This document shows, in pieces, positions 57,445 to 64,000 of a DNA stretch of 64,000 bases; positions within the stretch are counted from its first letter, which is position 1, and each line of letters begins with the position of its first letter. This DNA is from an uncultured Gemmatimonadales bacterium. GTDB lineage: Bacteria; Gemmatimonadota; Gemmatimonadetes; Gemmatimonadales; GWC2-71-9. Where the stretch lies: contig CAVSLV010000004.1 in NCBI GenBank assembly GCA_963728915.1, positions 480,001 through 544,000 of the forward strand, read 5' to 3'. A program made the position numbers and the translations under genes. The notes below the pieces were generated by a model. The model saw only the letters and a program-made list of their open reading frames with translations, was not told the DNA's origin and did no database searches.

Positions 57445-59232
57445 CTACGGCCGGAGGATCCAGAAGCGCGCCTGGTAGCGCCATGCGGTATAGGCGATCC
57501 GGCGCCCATCCGGTGACACCGCCGGCTGGGTCTTATCGGTGGAATCCCGAGTGAGCTGGACGGGAGGGCCGCCCAGTGTCGGCACCCGGAACAGCTGCAG
57601 CCGTCCCCGATCGTCGGGGGCGGGATACACCAGCCAGGCGCCACTCGGATCCACTCCGAAACCGTCGATCCGCTGGGGACTTTCGTACCGGTGAATCACC
57701 TGCGGCGATCCGCCAGTACGCGCGACGCGGTACAGGGTATGTCCAGTCGGCGGATGGGTCGCCGAGAAGACGATCGTGTCGCTCGAGCCAAGCCACTCGG
57801 CGTGGACCACCTCCTCGGTCAGACCGGTCACCGGGACCGGGCGGGCCGGGACGGTTACCCGGCCGCTTTCCTGATCGACCCCCACGAGCCACACCAGCGA
57901 TCGGCGCCGCCCGGCCATGACCGAGTCCCCGTCGAACACGATCCACCGTCCGTCCGGCGACCACCGTGGCCACCCCACCTCGGCGCCGCGGCCGAGGTTG
58001 CTGATGCGGGTTAACGGACTGTCCCGGTCGGCCGGACGGAGCCAGACGTCGTCCGAATTCTGCTGGTGCGAATGAAACGCGATCCAGCGCCGGTTGGGCG
58101 ACCAGGTGATCCCCTGATCCTCAGACCCCGACTGCTGGACCATCTGATCCACCCGGGCCGCCGGCGTGTCGCCGTCCGCCGCGATGATCCCCACGTCCTG
58201 GGCGATGTCGGGGTAATGGAAATCGTCGCTCACCCGGCGCCAGGTTCCGTAGGTGACGCCGAGCCGGGTTCCGGTCGGATCCCACGAAGGAGTCTCAGCC
58301 TGAAAGGTGGTGCGCCGGACCGCCGGGCCACCCTCGGCCGGCATCACCAGGACTTCGGTCCCGTAGTCCTGGTCCTTGTAGAGGAGATTGCCGTCCCGGC
58401 TCACCGAAGGAGCGTAGGTATCCCTCGGCTCGGCGGCCACCTGGCGGCCGGCGTGCCGGTCCAGGTCCCAGGCCCAGAGCCGAACGAAGCCGCTGTCGCT
58501 GGCCAACGCGAGGTACAGCTCGGCGCCGTCGGGCGACGGGGCGACGGCACCATACCCCTCGCGCTCCTCGAGCCCGGCCGGCACGCTGTCTCCGCAGGGC
58601 AGCGTAACCCGCTGCCGTCCGGCTTCGAGCGCCAGGCACCCGATCCGGCCATCCGGCATCCAGAAGGGATACCCGGCTCGCGTTGTGAGAGATCGTGTCG
58701 ACACCGCGGGCCCGCTGGCATCGAATTCCCAGAGTCGGGACCCTTGGGGCTGCAACTCGACTCCCGCTCCGCGGCGTCCATCCGGCGACCAGCTCAATTC
58801 ACGGAGGTTGGCGGGATCGACCGAGTCGCCGGTACTGGCCACGAGTCGGGTGCCTTGGGGCCAGAGCGGCTGCCGGGTTCCGCGCTTCACATCGTAGGAC
58901 CACCAGACCACGGCGCCATCCGGCTGGCCCAATACGAGCGTGCTGTCCCCCCGCCAGACGAGGTGCAGGATCCGGGCGTCGCCCAGCGGGAGGGGGCGAC
59001 TGGTCCCGGCAGAGAGGTCGTGAATCAGGAGCTGGTTGGGAATGACGGTGGCGAGCCGGCGCCCATCGGGGGAGAGCACCCCGATCGGGTCGCGATACCC
59101 GACCGGGCCCGCCTGGTGTATCGTGGCGACGACCGACGCTGTCGGTGAGCCTGGTGCTGCCGGGCAGCCGGCGAGAAGGCCGAACCAGGTGATCGCGAGA
59201 AGCGAGGCCGGGTTATGGAGCCGTCTGTCCGT
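57445..59232 (-). CDS. TolB-like PD40 beta-propeller lipoprotein (ACG start inferred)
   Basis: WSPDG/WSPN repeats; in-frame upstream DRRLHNPASLLAITWFGLLAGC lipobox; no ATG/GTG/TTG before it. Confidence 0.75.
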   Translation of the reverse strand, partial: TDRRLHNPASLLAITWFGLLAGCPAAPGSPTASVVATIHQAGPVGYRDPIGVLSPDGRRLATVIPNQLLIHDLSAGTSRPLPLGDARILHLVWRGDSTLVLGQPDGAVVWWSYDVKRGTRQPLWPQGTRLVASTGDSVDPANLRELSWSPDGRRGAGVELQPQGSRLWEFDASGPAVSTRSLTTRAGYPFWMPDGRIGCLALEAGRQRVTLPCGDSVPAGLEEREGYGAVAPSPDGAELYLALASDSGFVRLWAWDLDRHAGRQVAAEPRDTYAPSVSRDGNLLYKDQDYGTEVLVMPAEGGPAVRRTTFQAETPSWDPTGTRLGVTYGTWRRVSDDFHYPDIAQDVGIIAADGDTPAARVDQMVQQSGSEDQGITWSPNRRWIAFHSHQQNSDDVWLRPADRDSPLTRISNLGRGAEVGWPRWSPDGRWIVFDGDSVMAGRRRSLVWLVGVDQESGRVTVPARPVPVTGLTEEVVHAEWLGSSDTIVFSATHPPTGHTLYRVARTGGSPQVIHRYESPQRIDGFGVDPSGAWLVYPAPDDRGRLQLFRVPTLGGPPVQLTRDSTDKTQPAVSPDGRRIAYTAWRYQARFWILRP

Positions 59233-59233
59233 T

Positions 59234-61945
59234 CTATTTCCCCTTCTTGCCGGTCAGGCTCTGGAGCCAGTTCTCCGCCATGATCAACTCACTCTGCTGA
59301 GTGGATTCACCCTCCCGGATCATGAGGAAGTGCTTGTCGTCCGGGGTGAGCGAATAGGACGGAATCGGCCCGGTGCGGGTGAACTGGGAGACCGGAAAGA
59401 GCGTCTTCGGTTTCCCCACGGTAAAGCTCGGACCCGGCAGGAGCTGCACGGCGATCATCTCGTTCCGGCCGTTGACATAGAACAGCTCGCGGCCGCTCCG
59501 GGACCATGCCGGATCGTTCCCACCCGCGGTCGAGACCTGCCATTTCGCCGACAAAGTCTCCGGGAACGGCCGCACGTAGACCTCGAAATTCCCCGATTCG
59601 TCCGAGGCGTACGCCAGCCACCGGCCGTCGGGTGAGAGCGAGGGGTGGAAGGACTGGGCGTTGGTCACGACCAGGGGGATGAGGGCGGTATCGGGCAGGT
59701 GCATCCCGATGATTTGCGGAGTCCCCGCCCCGGCCGGCGCGGTCCGAAGGAGCAGCCATTTGCTGTCGCGCGAGGTCACGACCTGGCCGAAGTCGTCTTT
59801 CTGCGACGCCTTGATCAGCCTGGCCGTACCGGTTCCGTCGGCACGGTGCGCGTAGGCTGGCCCCACGCCCGAGCCGGCCCGGTCGTTGAGGTAATAGACC
59901 TCACGACCGTCGGCCGACCAGGACGGTCGCACGGTCGAGGTATCGCCGAACGTAATCCGGGAAAACGGGCCGTCCGGCAGCTGCTTCACCCAGATGTCCC
60001 TCCGTCCATCGCGGGAGAGACCCACCGCGATGGCTTTCCCGTCGGGGGAGAGGGAGGCGGACTCGATCACCCCCTGCGGGTCCCAGGCCGGGTCCACCGG
60101 GGCAACACCGCCCTCCATGCTCACCCACACCGCACGGCGGGACACCAGGGTGCCGCCGGTCGTGTAGACCAGGGTGCCGTTCCCCGCCAGCGCGAGGTCC
60201 ACATTGAACCCGCCGTTCCGCACCCCGATTCCCTCGAGCAGCGCAATCGGCGGCCCGGTGAGCGCCAGTTTATGGGGATCGAACGGAATGGCGATCAGTT
60301 TCCCGTCGGCCGTGACGACCAGCAGGTGGCCGCTCTGAGCATAGGTCGCGTAAACCCCGCGTACCAGTGTGTGCGCCGGCTCCTGGGGCCTGGGGGGGAG
60401 CGGCGCAGCCATGATCTCGAAGTCGGAGATTCCCTGGCCGGCGTGGCGGACCCGGAAGACTACGCCCGCCCCTCCGGGAAGCACCTGGGGCCACTCGGTC
60501 GCGATCTCGTGCTTGTCGGGCTTGACGGTGTAGACCGGCTCGATCTCACCCCCACTGGCGCGGATCCGGGCGAGGCCCGAGTCCACCTCGAAGTAGACGT
60601 AGCCATCGTCTCCCCAGGCCCCACCGGTGGTATTCACCTTGTCGCTCAGGGTCACGGTCGGAGCGCCGGCCAGCGAGGCGATCCGGATCACTGTCCCACC
60701 CTTCACGAAACCGACCCGCTGGCCGTCCGGAGAAAAGAAGGGGGTCCCCGCGCCCTCCGTGCCGGTAATCGGGGTGGCATCGAGCTGGTCGAACCGCCGG
60801 ACCCAGAGACGACTCCCACCTTCGGCCGGGCCGCTGTATACCAGGGTTCGGCCATCGGGAGAGATGGCGATCCGCATCCCGCCGGTCGCGAGCGGTGCCT
60901 GAATCCCCTGGTTGGTTCGGAGTCCCAGGCTGAACTGGGTGACCGGTGGTATCGGCAGCGACCGTCGCCAGCCCCAGATCGCCGCGACCGTCACCGCGAT
61001 GACCGCGAGGAGAAGTCCCGGCACCAGGAGGCCGGGCCGGCCTCGGCGCCCCGCCTGGGTCTGCGTTGCCTTCTGCGCCTCACCAGCCGGCGCCGACGCC
61101 GTGGTTCGATACCCCGTGTTCCTCAACGCCTCCGCAAACTCCGACGCGGTGGCGAACCGGTCCGCCGGCAGCTTCTCCAGCGCGGTGAGCACCGCCGCCT
61201 CCACGTGCGGCGGAATGGTGTGCCGCTGCGGGATGAGCGGTCGCGGGCTCTCGGTCACCACCCGCGCCACCACCGCCTGCGCCGTGCTCCCGGTGAACGG
61301 CGGGTCGCCGGTCAGCATCTCGTAGAGTACGGCGCCGAGGGCGTAGATGTCGGATCGCGCGGTGATCTCGCGCTCGCCCATGGCCTGTTCGGGGCTCATG
61401 TAGTGCGGCGTGCCCAGACTCATGCCGGTCTCGGTCATCCGGGCGCCGCCCGCCTTGCTCGCCGCGAGCGCGATCCCGAAATCGGCCACCAGGGCACGCC
61501 CGTCGTGAAGCAGGATGTTCTCCGGCTTGATGTCACGGTGGACCACACCGTGGCGGTGGGCGTAGTCCAGCGCGTCGGCGACCTCGATGGTGATCCGCAC
61601 CGCCTCATTCACCGGGAGCTGTTTTTCCCGGGTGATCCGTTCCCGCAGCGACTCGCCTTCGATCAAGGGCATGACGTAGAAGAGATGACCGTCCACTTCA
61701 CCCGAGTCGAACAGCGGGAGGATATGGGGGTGCTGGAGATTGGCGGTGAGCTTGATTTCGGCGAGGAACCGCTCAGCTCCGATCACCGCGGCTAGCTCGG
61801 GGCGGAGGACCTTGAGGGCCACCCGGCGATCGTGACGCACGTCTTCGGCGAGGTAAACCGTGGCCATACCACCGGCGCCGATTTCGCGTTCCAGGCGGTA
61901 CCGGTCCACGAGGGCGGACTGCAACCGCCCGATCATTTCCGGCAT
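59234..61945 (-). CDS. Ser/Thr protein kinase with TM helix and PD40/WD40-like beta-propeller
   Basis: GAGGMATVY, HRDIKPEN, DFG, YMSPE; SPDG repeats; AGGAG SD. Confidence 0.92.
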   Translation of the reverse strand: MPEMIGRLQSALVDRYRLEREIGAGGMATVYLAEDVRHDRRVALKVLRPELAAVIGAERFLAEIKLTANLQHPHILPLFDSGEVDGHLFYVMPLIEGESLRERITREKQLPVNEAVRITIEVADALDYAHRHGVVHRDIKPENILLHDGRALVADFGIALAASKAGGARMTETGMSLGTPHYMSPEQAMGEREITARSDIYALGAVLYEMLTGDPPFTGSTAQAVVARVVTESPRPLIPQRHTIPPHVEAAVLTALEKLPADRFATASEFAEALRNTGYRTTASAPAGEAQKATQTQAGRRGRPGLLVPGLLLAVIAVTVAAIWGWRRSLPIPPVTQFSLGLRTNQGIQAPLATGGMRIAISPDGRTLVYSGPAEGGSRLWVRRFDQLDATPITGTEGAGTPFFSPDGQRVGFVKGGTVIRIASLAGAPTVTLSDKVNTTGGAWGDDGYVYFEVDSGLARIRASGGEIEPVYTVKPDKHEIATEWPQVLPGGAGVVFRVRHAGQGISDFEIMAAPLPPRPQEPAHTLVRGVYATYAQSGHLLVVTADGKLIAIPFDPHKLALTGPPIALLEGIGVRNGGFNVDLALAGNGTLVYTTGGTLVSRRAVWVSMEGGVAPVDPAWDPQGVIESASLSPDGKAIAVGLSRDGRRDIWVKQLPDGPFSRITFGDTSTVRPSWSADGREVYYLNDRAGSGVGPAYAHRADGTGTARLIKASQKDDFGQVVTSRDSKWLLLRTAPAGAGTPQIIGMHLPDTALIPLVVTNAQSFHPSLSPDGRWLAYASDESGNFEVYVRPFPETLSAKWQVSTAGGNDPAWSRSGRELFYVNGRNEMIAVQLLPGPSFTVGKPKTLFPVSQFTRTGPIPSYSLTPDDKHFLMIREGESTQQSELIMAENWLQSLTGKKGK

Positions 61946-62079
61946 TCGGAGTCTCTCCTGAGGATAGCAGAAGATGGCGGGGCAGTCCTCCCGCGGCTAG
62001 TGGCGCGGTCCCAGGAACTCCCGCCACCGCCTATGTTTCCATGGGTGGTACTGACTGTTCCCGACTGGCGGCTGATTCA

Positions 62080-62955
62080 GTGATTCAACCCTCGCGCTCG
62101 ATCCTGTTCCTCACGGCTCTTCTGATGCATTCCGCTCCCGTCCCGCGCTGGAACGATGCCGACTGGGCCGTCCTCGACGCCAAAATCCGCTGGGGCGCTG
62201 CTGAGGGATTGGACACCCTGCCGGTCGGACCAGCCATCGCCCTCCTGGGGCGAAGCTTCGTCGGGGCGACCTACACGCCGGGGACCCTGGAGGTCCCTGG
62301 TCCCGAGCGCGTGATTGTGAACCTGCAGGCGTTCGATTGTGTCACGTTCATCGAGAACGTGCTGGCCCTGACCCGGTTCATTCGAGAGGATGGGGTTTCC
62401 GCCCTGGCGAACCGGCCCGCCGCCGAGGCGAGATACGTTCGATACCTGGAAGACCTTCGGTATCGAGGCGGGCGACTCGACGGCTACCCGAGCCGCCTGC
62501 ACTACTTCTCCGAATGGTTGAGCGATAATGCGGGTCGCGGGCGTCTCCGGCTGTTGACCCGGGAGCTCGGTGGGGTTCCCGACTCCGAGCTCCTGAGCTT
62601 CATGTCACGCCATCCCGCGTCCTACCGCCAGATGGCGGAACCCGGCATCGCGGAAGCGATCGGGGCCGTGGAAGCCCGCCTCAACCAGGCCCTGCCGCGG
62701 TGGTACCTCCCGGAAGCCGCCATCGCCTCCGTCGAGAATCGGATCGAGGATGGGGACCTGATCGCGGCGACTTCCACCCTGCCGGGTCTCGACGTTGCCC
62801 ACACCGGCATTGCCCTGTGGGTGAATGGCCGGCTCCACCTTCTACATGCACCGCTGGTCGGCAAATCGGTCGAGATTTCCTCGGTGCCTCTGGCGGAGCG
62901 ACTCGCGGGGATCCCCACCCAGGACGGCATCATGGTGGCCCGGGTGATTCACTGA
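62080..62955 (+). CDS. DUF1460 N-acetylmuramoyl-L-alanine amidase-like (NlpC/P60 fold)
   Basis: FDCVTFIE, RLHYFSEW, LDVAHTG, LLHA; start uncertain (62041 or 62080). Confidence 0.82.
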   Translation: MIQPSRSILFLTALLMHSAPVPRWNDADWAVLDAKIRWGAAEGLDTLPVGPAIALLGRSFVGATYTPGTLEVPGPERVIVNLQAFDCVTFIENVLALTRFIREDGVSALANRPAAEARYVRYLEDLRYRGGRLDGYPSRLHYFSEWLSDNAGRGRLRLLTRELGGVPDSELLSFMSRHPASYRQMAEPGIAEAIGAVEARLNQALPRWYLPEAAIASVENRIEDGDLIAATSTLPGLDVAHTGIALWVNGRLHLLHAPLVGKSVEISSVPLAERLAGIPTQDGIMVARVIH

Positions 62956-62959
62956 CCCC

Positions 62960-62985
62960 TGTCCGCCCGTCCGCCCGTCCGCCCT
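62960..62985. repeat. Octamer tandem repeat (GTCCGCCC x3) between convergent genes
   Basis: tgtccgcccgtccgcccgtccgccct. Confidence 0.75.
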
Positions 62986-64000
62986 ATTTCTCGTCCAGCT
63001 TCCGTCCCGCGTTCAGGTTGTCGAAGTGCATGATGGTGTTGAATACCAACGGATAGCTCCCGATCGTCTCGCCCCGCCACATCGGGTTGATCGCGAAGAG
63101 CACCACGTGACCCTTGTCCTTCGGGGCATCCACCACGATGGGCCGCTCGGCGATCTCACTCCCGCCGTCCAGCAGGCCTGACACGAGCAGATCTCGCTGG
63201 GCGCTGAACCGGAGCGCCACCCGGGGCCGCTGATCCGGGGGAATGATGCTGATCGGATTCCGGAGCTGGTCGTTGGTGAGCGGCGCCCGCTCCCACTGCT
63301 CCACCGTTGGGCGGGGCGGCAACTCGAACTCCGGTGTCAGCGTCGGCCGACCCTGCACCACATCGGGATCGTCCGCGGTGCCCCGGCCGGTCGGCCGCGC
63401 AGTGGAGCCCCCGAACCGGCCGCCCCGGAATCCACCCAGGGTGTTGCCGACCGAGAGACTCGAGCCATCGTCACTGTAGACCGCCAGGCTGTCATTCACT
63501 CCGTACACGATCGGGCTCGCCGCGTCCACGATCCGGGAGCGGAGCAGAGTCCCCACCACCCGGCTCCGCCCCGCGCCGTTGGCGGACACCCCGCTGGTCA
63601 GGCCGTACTGGACCGCAAGCTCCGCGGTGTTTTCCACCCCGACCAGCACCCCGCCCTGGGAGACGAACCGCTGGAGATTGGCGAGCCCGGTCCATCCTAA
63701 CCCGGGGCGGATGTCGTCGGTCTGGGCCCAGGTCCCGAGGTTAGGCGTCTCCGGGGTGTTCTTCCAGGGCATCGGGTTCCGCCACATCGGGAGGCCCTGC
63801 ACGATGGTCTGGAGACCCCCGCCGGCCGGCGGGAAGAGAATGACATCGTACTTCGCGTTCAGGTTGTCGTTCTTCGCGACATCCTGGGTGCTGATGTACT
63901 CGAACGGGATGCTCAGGAAGTCGAAGGCCTGTCGCCACCACCCTTCGGTCTGGGTGCCGAGCCAGGTGTGGAGGATGGCGACGCGGGCGGCGCGCACCGG
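62984..64000 (-). CDS. C-terminal part of a large protein, likely M14 zinc carboxypeptidase-like with a class I glutamine amidotransferase-like tail (runs off window end)
   Basis: EGWWR, YDVILFP, FVSQGG, LLVSG, GHVVLFAINPMWRG; the catalytic domain is outside the window. Confidence 0.65.
   Translation of the reverse strand, partial: PVRAARVAILHTWLGTQTEGWWRQAFDFLSIPFEYISTQDVAKNDNLNAKYDVILFPPAGGGLQTIVQGLPMWRNPMPWKNTPETPNLGTWAQTDDIRPGLGWTGLANLQRFVSQGGVLVGVENTAELAVQYGLTSGVSANGAGRSRVVGTLLRSRIVDAASPIVYGVNDSLAVYSDDGSSLSVGNTLGGFRGGRFGGSTARPTGRGTADDPDVVQGRPTLTPEFELPPRPTVEQWERAPLTNDQLRNPISIIPPDQRPRVALRFSAQRDLLVSGLLDGGSEIAERPIVVDAPKDKGHVVLFAINPMWRGETIGSYPLVFNTIMHFDNLNAGRKLDEK

Overview
High-GC bacterial chromosomal segment. 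Gene style (many Ser/Thr kinase-TPR/beta-propeller paralogs, VPS10-type hydrolase, FecIR-TonB module) suggests Gemmatimonadota; this is inference only. Left to right: a chaperone block (tig 5' part, small membrane protein, tRNA-Leu(TAG), DegP-like protease, dnaK) and a PP2C phosphatase; an uncharacterised ~12 kb carbohydrate-type cluster (heparinase II/III-like protein, NAD epimerase, DapA-like aldolase, two amidohydrolases, class III aminotransferase, GHMP kinase, peptide-type ABC binding protein and permeases); an ECF sigma/FecR/TonB-receptor module with a repeated candidate promoter; an MFS-VPS10-ferritin-like(DUF455)-GH38 block; an AhpD/CMD-family gene split by an in-frame TGA at a CxxU motif and followed by a GGUC-loop hairpin (probable selenoprotein); a kinase-coxSLM(form II)-APC-amidohydrolase run; MscS, ClC, DUF819-like and sulfatase genes; a VapBC pair; a frameshifted lanthanide-type PQQ alcohol dehydrogenase with cytochrome c; a Ser/Thr kinase array with an inserted nucleotidyltransferase pair; a DUF1460 amidase and a partial M14-type protein. 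No CRISPR, rRNA, integrase or transposase was seen. Many genes look leaderless and three appear to need CTG/ACG starts. All product calls come from motif recognition by eye, without database searches.
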